In this document: positions 20,697 to 29,219 of the stretch, one piece after another
Layout of the letters: every line of letters starts with the position of its first letter
How positions within the stretch are numbered: position 1 is the first letter of the stretch
Assembly: GCA_965224225.1 (NCBI GenBank)
Contig: CBDCZF010000025.1
Coordinates: 171,137-235,136 of the forward strand
Length of the DNA: 64,000 bases
Source of the DNA: Hyphomicrobiaceae bacterium
Lineage (GTDB): Bacteria > Pseudomonadota > Alphaproteobacteria > Rhizobiales > Hyphomicrobiaceae
Reading direction: 5' to 3'
Position numbers and translations under genes: made by a program
The notes under the pieces: generated by a model
Told to the model about the DNA's origin: nothing
Databases searched by the model: none
The model's input: the letters and a program-made list of their open reading frames with translations, nothing else

Positions 20697-21678
20697 TCAA
20701 TCGGTCGCCTGGCACAGGATTTCGACGTTGCGGGCACCCATTTCGCCATCAACTTCGGGGGGTCGGTTTTCACGGACGGCGGCGGCAAAGTCCTCGATCT
20801 CGGCGCGGTAGCAGTCAACAAACGTATAGTCGACCGGGCCCTCATGCGTCGTCATCGTGCCATCGCCTGAGACACCGACCGTGCCCTCGCTGACGGCATA
20901 ACCCTTGCTGCCGTAGAGTTCGAAACGGGTCGGTGCGGCAAACACGACGGATGAGCACAGATCCGCGGTGGCACCGTTCGCGAAGCGCATGGAGATCAGC
21001 GCTGTCTCGTCGTTCGGGCCCTTCCAGACATCTCTCGAAATCACGCTCTTGACCTCGACGAGATCTCCGCAGGTCGGCGTCATATACCAGAGGATCTGGT
21101 CTAGGCAGTGGGTGCCGACACCAGCGAGGCTCCACCATTTGCCAATATCAGTGCGGGCCCGCCAGTTGCTGTCGTCGGCGGCAAGCGAACTCCACTGCAC
21201 ACGGATGTGGCGCAGGTCGCCGAGTTTGCCGGCCACTGCATCATTGAACAGCGGCCGATGGGCGCCATGCCAGCGCAAATGGTAGGCGACACCAAGATTG
21301 ACACCGGCCTCACTGGCGGCAGCAACCATGGTGGGCTTCCGCAGGCGACGTGGCCATCGGCTTTTCGCATAGAATATGCTTGCCGGCACGGGCGGCGGCA
21401 ATCGCCTGGTCGGCATGAAGCCTGTCGGGCGTTGCGATCAGCACTGCGTCGAGGTCCGGATCGGCCAACAGCGAATCGAGGCTGTCGTGGGCCGCATTCG
21501 GCGAACCGGCACCGAATTGCGCGGCCACGTTCGCAGCGCGCGCCTTATCGCGACTCAGCACACTCCAGAGTTCCGCGTTGTCGGCGGCGGCAAGGGCTGG
21601 CAACAGTTTGCGTTCGGCGATTCCGCCGCTGCCGATCATCGCGATTCTAAGGGTCATTGCTTCATGCCGCCGTTTCAT
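20697..21678 (-). pseudogene. Gfo/Idh/MocA-family NAD(P)-dependent oxidoreductase, interrupted by a 1-nt frameshift (~21332)
   Basis: N-terminal Rossmann part ('[13 protein letters not shown]...[11 protein letters not shown]') and C-terminal part ('[20 protein letters not shown]...') lie in different frames. They overlap at a short G run (ggtggg) at ~21329-21334. May be a sequencing indel. Confidence 0.6.
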
Positions 21679-21768
21679 GCCGCTTGGTCATAACAAATGT
21701 GATGAGCTGGCCCCAGGGCCAACCCATCACATGTCACTCAGCTGATGTTAAGTCGATCTTCGCGCAGC

Positions 21769-22290
21769 CTATTTGGCGGAGGCGAGTGCCGCACGCTTAG
21801 GTCCGGACTTGACCAATTCGATATTGGCCTGGATCTTTGGATTGTTCGGGTCGAGACGGGCAGCGTCCGCCAGAACTTGTGCGGCTCGCTTGTTTTGACC
21901 GCGCAAATAGTAGTGATAGCCGAGGTTGTTGAGCAGCAGCGCCGAACGGCCATGCAAAGCCATGGCCCGATTGTAGGCCCGTTCTGCGAGATCGAAGCGG
22001 CGAAGCTGGTCGTATGTCGCCGCGAGACCGACCCAGGCTCCCACATCCTGGGCATAATCCTCAATCGCAGCCCGGAAATGGCGTTCTGCGAGGCCGTATT
22101 CGCCGGCATGGAAATGCCGACGCGCCTTGGTCAGATCGTCCGGCGGAGGCCCTTCATGATAGAGCTTATCCGACTGTGCGACCGATGACGTGGTGAGATC
22201 ACCTTCTTCCGCCCTGCAGCCCATCAGCAGCAGGGCAAGCAAGGCCACGCACGACAATTTGCCAAGCACACCTATAGTTGCCTGAAACAT
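21769..22290 (-). CDS. TPR-repeat lipoprotein (possible TadD-like pilotin)
   Basis: Signal peptide with lipobox 'LLMGC', then TPR repeats. AGGGGG RBS before ATG 22290. Lies 3.7 kb upstream of flp. Confidence 0.55.
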   Translation of the reverse strand: MFQATIGVLGKLSCVALLALLLMGCRAEEGDLTTSSVAQSDKLYHEGPPPDDLTKARRHFHAGEYGLAERHFRAAIEDYAQDVGAWVGLAATYDQLRRFDLAERAYNRAMALHGRSALLLNNLGYHYYLRGQNKRAAQVLADAARLDPNNPKIQANIELVKSGPKRAALASAK

Positions 22291-22612
22291 TGGCACACCC
22301 CCTGAAATAGCAGTTTCTTCTACACCACAATGACTGAATAGGTCTGTGACAATCAGGCCACTTCGGGGGGTTATTTGCTCCCCCGCGTTGCAATCATACT
22401 CAGTCGGGCGGCCTGTCTTCAAGAATGGGTATGACTCTCAACTGATGCATATCCCACCGTAGTGGGCCTGATGCAAAGCGCTCCAAGTGTCGTTTTGCAC
22501 TCAAAGTCTGCGTTTTAAGCCATCGACTTAGCTGTGGAAAAGTCGGTCTTGGTTTCACGTGAAACGGCCTGCGATCCGTCTGTTGCCATGGCGACACATG
22601 CTGTTGTTGTTT

Positions 22613-23593
22613 TCACGGATCGCGTGCCTGAGATCGGCTGAGGTCTGATCTATCCGGACTTGATATGCCCGTAGCTGATGCGCCCGGCGGCGGAATCGAC
22701 AGATAGAGCAAACGGCGCAACTCGCGCCGGCTTTGGCTGAGTGTACCCAGCAGCATGCCGGCCGCAAGATTGAGAAAACCGAGCAGCATCATGCCGGTAG
22801 CAAGGATTGCCGTCGGAAAGCGCGGCACCTTGCCCGTGGCCAGATATTCTGGCAGCAGCGGCAGGGCGATGGCAATTGAGCTCAACGCGAGAATAAGGCC
22901 GATGGAACCAAAGAACGCCAGCGGTCGCTCCTCTTTTACAAGCCAGCCGATGGTGCGCAGGATGCGTAAACCGTCACGCACGGTGCGCAGCTTGCTTTCG
23001 CTACCCGAGAAGCGATTGCGAAAGGGCACAGGCAACTCGAGATACGGCAGGCGTTGCTGCAGGCAGAAGACGGCAAGCTCCGTCTCGATCTCGAAGCCGG
23101 TTGCCGTGTTTGGAAAGGTTTTGACGAACCGGCGCGAGAAGGCGCGCTGACCCGAGAACAAATCCTGGAAGGTGCCGCCGAAGAACAACCGCAGGATGGA
23201 GCGCAGAAACCACGAGCCGGCCTGATGCCCGCGGCGATGAGCGTCTGCGTTTGATGGCTGGCGGTGGCCGACGACCATGTCATGGGGCCCGGCAAGCAAC
23301 GCCTCGACCAGCCTGGCGCATTGGCCTGCCTCGTAGCTGTCATCGCCGTCGATCATGACATAGATGTCAGCATCGACATCGGCGAACATGCGGCGCACGA
23401 CGTTGCCCTTGCCGCGCCACGGCTCGTGGCGAAGGATCGCCCCCGCCTGGGCGGCAACAGCACCAGTGGCATCCGTCGAGGCGTTGTCGTAAACGTAGAT
23501 GGCGGCCTCAGGCAGTGCACGGCGCACGTCGCCAACCACCTTGGCGATGGCGCCGGCTTCGTTCAGGCACGGTATCAATACGGCGATTTGCAC
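22613..23593 (-). CDS. family-2 glycosyltransferase, polyprenyl-phosphate sugar synthase-like (GtrB/ArnC/DPM1 type) with two C-terminal TM helices
   Basis: 'VLIPCLNEAGAI', 'YVYDNASTD' and 'IDGDDSY' GT-A DXD motif, followed by two C-terminal TM segments. Confidence 0.8.
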   Translation of the reverse strand: MQIAVLIPCLNEAGAIAKVVGDVRRALPEAAIYVYDNASTDATGAVAAQAGAILRHEPWRGKGNVVRRMFADVDADIYVMIDGDDSYEAGQCARLVEALLAGPHDMVVGHRQPSNADAHRRGHQAGSWFLRSILRLFFGGTFQDLFSGQRAFSRRFVKTFPNTATGFEIETELAVFCLQQRLPYLELPVPFRNRFSGSESKLRTVRDGLRILRTIGWLVKEERPLAFFGSIGLILALSSIAIALPLLPEYLATGKVPRFPTAILATGMMLLGFLNLAAGMLLGTLSQSRRELRRLLYLSIPPPGASATGISSPDRSDLSRSQARDP

Positions 23594-23819
23594 GATCGGA
23601 CCTGCCGTCCTGGCTGACAGTTGAGCGCGATATCTAGATGCGTTGTTAAAATTCCTTGCTTGTGCGTCAAGTTAATCCGCTGCCGGCGGCCAATGTCCCG
23701 GGCCGCGTGCGATCGAGATTGAAGAGGATTGCGAATAGTGAGTGCATACCTTCCGCAAGAAACGAGGTGTTGTGCGCTGGTCTGCCGGCCGGCCGATATT
23801 TCAGGCGTCAGTGCCGGGA

Positions 23820-25673
23820 ATGTCTGAACAAGCAGAGAGCAAGACGTCCAGACTGGCGTTCTGCGCGTTCGTTCTCGCAGGCGTTGGGCTTGTCTCGGCC
23901 GGATTACTCGCCTTGGCAGGGGACTACCGGGCCGGGCGGTTCTTTGATACCGACGATTACATGCGGCTCGTGCAGGTACGCGACCTTTTATCGGGCAGTG
24001 ACTGGTTCGACCTCAAACAGGAACGCCTAAACCCGCCCTATGGCGTCGAAATGCATTGGTCGCGGCTCTACGATCTGCCGATTGCCGGACTGACCCTGTT
24101 TTTCGAGTTGTTCACGGACCGGATGACCGCGCTCTGGCTCGTCGCCGGCGTCCTGCCGGTGCTGATGCTGTTGGCATTCGTCTCGATCAATGCCTGTTAT
24201 GCTCTGATCCGGCCACTGAGGGTCGAGGCGGCAGCACTGGTCGTCTTTTCGCTGGTGACTTTTTCCGCTTTGGCCAGGTTTCAGCCGGGACGAATCGATC
24301 ATCACTGTCTGCAACTGGTGCTGATGGCAGCGGTTGTTCTACTTGTGGTTGGTGGCGTTGTCCGAGGTCAACGCCTTTGGCTCGCGGCCGCCGGCCTGGT
24401 GGCGGCACTCAGCCTCAGTATTGGTCTCGAGACCTTGCCCTATATTGTTGCGCTTCATGTGTTTTTAGCCGTTCGCTTTGTCAGCGCCAGAGCCGATGCC
24501 GCCGCTCACGGGCTCGTTTTTTCAGTTGCCACGCTGCTTGCAACCCCTGTGTTGCAGGTTCTCGCCGTGCCCGCGGAGCTTGCATTTGGCTCGCACTGCG
24601 ATGTCATGTCAGTGACCTATGTTTCAGCGTTGCTGGCGATTTCAGTCGGTTGGGCCTTGCTCGGTATTGTCGACAATCGGTTGGCGCCTCCTTGGCAGAG
24701 ATTACTGTTCGGCGTTGTCGTAGCCCTGGTGCTCGGCGGCCTCATATTGGCACTTTTTCCGGATTGTCATCGCGGTCCCTATTCGCAGGTCGACCGCGAG
24801 ATCGTCTCGCTCTGGTTGCAGAACGTCGGTGAGGCACGCCCCCTCATCGGCAGTACAACCGACTGGCTAAAGGTTAGTTCGATCATTGCCTTGAGTTTGC
24901 CGGTGACGGCCCTGCCAATCTGTGCGGGCTATCTGCTGGTGTCCAAAATCGACGAACGCCGCCAGATCGTCCTGTGCATGCTACCCCTTCTGGCCGTGGC
25001 CATCATGATTACCGCGTTCGTGCAGCAAAGAGCGGCGCCCTTTGGGCAGGCGTTCGCAGTCGTCCCCTGGGCCATGTTTCTAGTCGATTTGTTGGAAATT
25101 CCGATTGCAAACACATTGATCGGATTCGCACGCCTGAGCCTGGCGGCCATACTTCTGATGACCGGCGCGGTGGGTCTGCCGGTATTGCCCTTTGCATCCG
25201 TTGGTGAGCCGCCCCGCAAGACGCCGCTTCGCCGCTGCCCGGTGCAGCCGATCGCCCAGGAACTCTCGAAACTGGGCGATGGCAAACCGCTGTTGATCGC
25301 AGCACACGTCGATCTCGGCCCGAAGCTACTATTTTTCACCGACCACACCGTCCTCTCAGCCCCTTATCACCGAAACACGAGCGGCATACGCGATGGCTTT
25401 CGAATCATCCAAGGGCCTGATGAGGCAGCCGTGCGAGAGGTGGTCGTGGAGCGCGGTGTTGAGCTCATCCTGCTGTGTGAGGAGCCAAAAGACATCGCCA
25501 AGCAGACCGAAGCAGCCGGGCAAACAGCGGGTTCGATCTCGCGTTCAACCCCAAAGAAACAGCGCTGGGCTTCGAGATGGCTGTCTGGTGACTTGCCGGC
25601 ATGGCTGAGAGAAGTGCCGCTCAGTTCCGGACCGATCCGAGCATTCCGCGTGCAGAGCGAACCAGGCACCTGA
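23820..25673 (+). CDS. polytopic membrane protein, putative GT-C-fold (ArnT/PMT-like) glycosyltransferase
   Basis: ~12-13 predicted TM helices. 'FFDTDDYMRL' after TM1 resembles the GT-C loop-1 D-E/D-D-aromatic motif. C-terminal ~150 aa soluble domain. Divergent from the GT2 gene. GTG alternative start at 23742. Confidence 0.45.
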   Translation: MSEQAESKTSRLAFCAFVLAGVGLVSAGLLALAGDYRAGRFFDTDDYMRLVQVRDLLSGSDWFDLKQERLNPPYGVEMHWSRLYDLPIAGLTLFFELFTDRMTALWLVAGVLPVLMLLAFVSINACYALIRPLRVEAAALVVFSLVTFSALARFQPGRIDHHCLQLVLMAAVVLLVVGGVVRGQRLWLAAAGLVAALSLSIGLETLPYIVALHVFLAVRFVSARADAAAHGLVFSVATLLATPVLQVLAVPAELAFGSHCDVMSVTYVSALLAISVGWALLGIVDNRLAPPWQRLLFGVVVALVLGGLILALFPDCHRGPYSQVDREIVSLWLQNVGEARPLIGSTTDWLKVSSIIALSLPVTALPICAGYLLVSKIDERRQIVLCMLPLLAVAIMITAFVQQRAAPFGQAFAVVPWAMFLVDLLEIPIANTLIGFARLSLAAILLMTGAVGLPVLPFASVGEPPRKTPLRRCPVQPIAQELSKLGDGKPLLIAAHVDLGPKLLFFTDHTVLSAPYHRNTSGIRDGFRIIQGPDEAAVREVVVERGVELILLCEEPKDIAKQTEAAGQTAGSISRSTPKKQRWASRWLSGDLPAWLREVPLSSGPIRAFRVQSEPGT

Positions 25674-25982
25674 GCCTCGGAGTACGATCGGCGGCAGAGT
25701 TCACAGGACAAGTGGCGCATTTCGGCATCAACCTGTGACACGATCGTTGCAATCAAACGATAAAATGCACTGCAAGTTGATGGCGCCGCTCGCATGCTCT
25801 TGGCTAATTGTGGTTCTTCCGCTAGTTAGATATGGATCGACGCGCGGAACGGAGCCTCTGCGGCCTGCTGGCGTCGTTCGTGTATATTGCTCACTGTGAA
25901 GCCGAGGGATCCGGAATATTTAGGGCGGCAGTGAAATTGCCGTGTAAACTGGAACCTCACAACCACCTGGAGACAGCACAAA

Positions 25983-26171
25983 ATGCCCGTCACTCAACAA
26001 TTTCTGGCACGTTTCATGCAGGACGAGCGTGGAGCGTCACTGGTCGAATACACACTGTTGATCGGCCTCATTACGATCGCCGTTGTCGCGCTGATCGTAG
26101 CGGTTGGCGACAGTGTCGAAACGATCTGGACAACGCTTAATGGCGTGATGGCCAACGCGGCGAATGGCTAA
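25983..26171 (+). CDS. flp: Flp/Fap-family type IVb pilin
   Basis: 62 aa with 'ERG/ASLVEYTLLIGLI' Flp motif (prepilin peptidase site G/XXXXEY) and a hydrophobic helix. GGAGA RBS. Confidence 0.85.
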   Translation: MPVTQQFLARFMQDERGASLVEYTLLIGLITIAVVALIVAVGDSVETIWTTLNGVMANAANG

Positions 26172-26194
26172 CGCCGGTCGTCGGGGCTAATCAA

Positions 26195-26228
26195 CTGGCA
26201 GGCGCCATCGCGCCTGCCAGTTATGTTC
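26195..26228 (+). terminator. Rho-independent terminator/attenuator after flp
   Basis: Perfect 11-bp stem CTGGCAGGCGC-catc-GCGCCTGCCAG followed by TTATGTT. Confidence 0.6.
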
Positions 26229-26250
26229 CCTTACTCGATTGGATAATGTT

Positions 26251-27354
26251 ATGAGGCTTCTGACTGTTTTGACATTGCTGCTTGCCGCCGGGCTGGCGAC
26301 GCTGGCAGGGGTCATGGCCATGAACTGGCTGGAAGAGCAGAAGCGGTTAAATCAGTCCGGCCCGGCTGTTGCCAAGCAGGAGCCCAAGGGCACCATTGTC
26401 GTGGCGACGAAACGTATGGGGTTCGGCGTCGAGTTGTCAGGTGCCAACGTCCGCGAAATTCCGTGGCAGGCAGGCAATCTGCCGAACGGCGCATTTGCCA
26501 CCATGCGCGACATGTTCAAGGACGGCCAAAAGCGGGTCGTGCTTTCCGGTATTGAAATTAACGAACCTATTCTGCGCTGGAAGATTACCGGCGAAGGCCA
26601 GCGGGCATCGCTCTCGGCCTTGCTGAAGCGCGGCATGAAGGCTGTCACCATCAAGGTCAACGATGTCGTTGGAATCGCCGGCTTCGTGCTTCCGGGTGAC
26701 CGGGTCGATGTCATGCTGACACGCAACAGTCCAGCCGGCCAGGGCCTCGTCAATGAAGTGCTGCTGCAGGACGTCAAGATCCTGGCGATAGACCAGATCG
26801 CTGATGAGCGGCTCGATAAGGCCCGTCCCGCGAGGCTATTCACGGTTGAAGTCTCGATGAAGGACGCCCAGCGGATCGTACTTGCCAAGCGGGTCGGTGC
26901 GTTGTCGTTGGCCCTGCGTGGTGCCGGAGAGACCGGATCTATGCGCACCGGCGCTCTGACACCGGCCGAACTGACCGGGGATAACGCTGCAGCGGATGTG
27001 TTTTCCCCGCCACTGGCGCCGCAAAAAGAGCCGGTGCGGGATTTACCCGAGACACGGTCTGGTTCTAATCAGACTGACAGTGTCCCGGTGCGCAGTAGGC
27101 TTAAGTCCATTGGCGTAACGCGGTCAGTCAACCGCACAATTTACAATGTGCCAGGCAAAACATCTAACCAGGAGCAGGCCGATCAAACCGTTAGGCCGCG
27201 GGAGCGGGCACCGTTGACGCCCATAGATCCGGGTCGGACTAACGCAGGCAGGGAAGCACCCAACCAAAACGACAGATCTTCGCAGGCCTCCGAGCTTCCA
27301 GGTTGGAATACAATCGTCAGGCCGGTTGAAAAACGCCGAGCAGTGGTCCGCTAG
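26251..27354 (+). CDS. cpaB: Flp pilus assembly protein CpaB/RcpC
   Basis: N-terminal TM anchor and SAF-like domain ('VVVATKRMGFGVELSGANV'). Tool start 26239 is TTG; ATG at 26251. Confidence 0.85.
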   Translation: MRLLTVLTLLLAAGLATLAGVMAMNWLEEQKRLNQSGPAVAKQEPKGTIVVATKRMGFGVELSGANVREIPWQAGNLPNGAFATMRDMFKDGQKRVVLSGIEINEPILRWKITGEGQRASLSALLKRGMKAVTIKVNDVVGIAGFVLPGDRVDVMLTRNSPAGQGLVNEVLLQDVKILAIDQIADERLDKARPARLFTVEVSMKDAQRIVLAKRVGALSLALRGAGETGSMRTGALTPAELTGDNAAADVFSPPLAPQKEPVRDLPETRSGSNQTDSVPVRSRLKSIGVTRSVNRTIYNVPGKTSNQEQADQTVRPRERAPLTPIDPGRTNAGREAPNQNDRSSQASELPGWNTIVRPVEKRRAVVR

Positions 27355-27437
27355 AATTTCGAGGGGGAACACTGGAATTTTACGGATTGCGGTTCGGTTG
27401 ACTTTCGCTGTTTGAGACTTTCGGTCTGTGGGGGACT

Positions 27438-28910
27438 ATGAAGCAGCTATCGGTTGCCAACGTATTCTCGAACTTGATTGCCAGTGCCCTGGCGGGAAGA
27501 GCCGCTGTAACGGTGGCTAGCGCAATCTTGTGTCTGGCCACTGCAGTCGGTGTTCAGCCGGCGGTGGCTCAGTCGTCTTTCATCAATTTGGGCCAGGAGC
27601 CACGCGTATCGAAGCTGCGCTTGACGATGGACAAGTCGTTGACCGTAAAGCTGAGCAAGTCGGTCTCCGAAGCGCTGGTCGCCAACCCGACAATCGCGGA
27701 CGTCGTGCCGCTGACCGACCGCTCGATCTACCTGATCGGCAAGAAGATCGGCCTGACGCGCCTGACGCTTCTGGATGAGGGCAAGGAACTAGTCGGCGTC
27801 CTCGAACTTGAGGTTAGTTACGATGTCGATGCCTTGAAAGCGGAACTCAACCGCAATATTCCAGGCGCTGATTTTACATTCCGAACGGCTCACGGCCGCA
27901 TTCTTCTCGGAGGGGTTGCGCCTGATTCGGAAGCGCTCAGCCGGGCAACAGACATTGCCAACCAGTTCGCGGCCGGCGGGTTCCTTAATGCGATGACGGT
28001 GGCGGCGCCCCAGCAGGTCATGCTCGAGGTCCGCTTCATCGAAGCCTCGCGGGCCGGCGCACGCGATCTCGGCATCACTAATTTCTGGCAGTCGAGCCGC
28101 TTCCGCGGCATCACCGGTGGTGACTTCCAGGATAACCTCTCGACCGGCGACGCGGTGGTCAGGGGCTTACTCAGCGGCGGCGTTCCGTTCGGTACCTTCC
28201 TGACGCGTATTCTAAATGGTGGTACCAAGGCTGACTTGGTGGTGCGCGCACTCGAAGAACGTGGCCTGGCCCGGCGCCTGGCGGAACCGAATCTGGTGAC
28301 ACTGTCGGGCACGTCGGCCAACTTCCTGGCCGGTGGTGAGTACCCGTATCCAGTTGATGCCGGCGACGGCAAACTGGCCGTGGCCTTCAAGAAGTTCGGT
28401 ATCGAACTGACCTTCACGCCGACAGTGCTTGCCAAGCGCAAGATCAGTCTCGACATCGAGCCGAGCGTCAGTGATCTCGATTTCTCGAATACGGTCGAGG
28501 GCCAACCAGCGCTCACGACGCGGCGCGCCAAGACAACCGTCGAACTGCGCGACGGCCAGAGCTTCGCGATTGCCGGCCTACTGCAGCGGCGTCATTCGAA
28601 GAACCTCTCGCAGTTACCCTGGATCGGTCGGGTGCCTGTGCTTGGCACGCTGTTGCGCAGCTCGGCCTACCAGAAGGACGAGACGGACCTGGTGATCATC
28701 GTCACGCCGCGCCTCGTGCGGCCGGTGCAGCCAGGACAGAAGCTTGCCACACCACTCGATCTATCGCGGCCCACCAACGACAAGCGCTATTTCGTCAAGG
28801 GTCAGATGGAGATGGATAATCATCAACAGACCGCTTATGGCCACGTTCTCGATGTGACCGGGGGGTGGGAAGCCAAAACGAGAGGGACGGGCCATGCCTC
28901 GTACAAATAA
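27438..28910 (+). CDS. cpaC: Flp pilus secretin CpaC/RcpA
   Basis: 490 aa with signal peptide and secretin C-domain ('LVTLSGTSANFLAGGEYPYPV', 'IIVTPRLVRP'). Confidence 0.9.
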   Translation: MKQLSVANVFSNLIASALAGRAAVTVASAILCLATAVGVQPAVAQSSFINLGQEPRVSKLRLTMDKSLTVKLSKSVSEALVANPTIADVVPLTDRSIYLIGKKIGLTRLTLLDEGKELVGVLELEVSYDVDALKAELNRNIPGADFTFRTAHGRILLGGVAPDSEALSRATDIANQFAAGGFLNAMTVAAPQQVMLEVRFIEASRAGARDLGITNFWQSSRFRGITGGDFQDNLSTGDAVVRGLLSGGVPFGTFLTRILNGGTKADLVVRALEERGLARRLAEPNLVTLSGTSANFLAGGEYPYPVDAGDGKLAVAFKKFGIELTFTPTVLAKRKISLDIEPSVSDLDFSNTVEGQPALTTRRAKTTVELRDGQSFAIAGLLQRRHSKNLSQLPWIGRVPVLGTLLRSSAYQKDETDLVIIVTPRLVRPVQPGQKLATPLDLSRPTNDKRYFVKGQMEMDNHQQTAYGHVLDVTGGWEAKTRGTGHASYK

Positions 28911-29205
28911 CCAACTGGTACGAATTGTGTCGCTTGGCTGCGTCTTCGGTGCTGTGATAGCGCTCGGCGGCTGCCGCGATTACAAGGAATTCGATGAATA
29001 TTATGCGACGACTGACGCAATCAGCACCAAAACCGGCAACGCGGTCGCCCATAATATGGCCTTGCAGACCATCGACCCTTGGCCGGAACATGCCGGCGAC
29101 ACGCGCATCGATGTGGACGGCAAACGGATTCTGAAGGCTGTTGAGAAGTACCGCAACGGTGGTGGTGAAGCAGCTGCGGCCGGCGGAGGTGGCGAGAAGA
29201 AATAG
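28894..29205 (+). CDS. small pilus-locus lipoprotein (RcpB/CpaD-like)
   Basis: 103 aa, lipobox 'ALGGC', Gly/Ala-rich tail. Strong GAGAGGGA RBS. Overlaps the cpaC stop by 17 nt (translational coupling). Confidence 0.5.
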   Translation: MPRTNNQLVRIVSLGCVFGAVIALGGCRDYKEFDEYYATTDAISTKTGNAVAHNMALQTIDPWPEHAGDTRIDVDGKRILKAVEKYRNGGGEAAAAGGGGEKK

Positions 29206-29219
29206 GCTGGGAGAGGCGA

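Noticed and set aside
25832-26140. 102-aa ORF overlapping flp in another frame
   Set aside because: Overlaps the clearly identifiable Flp pilin gene, which has a proper RBS and processing motif.
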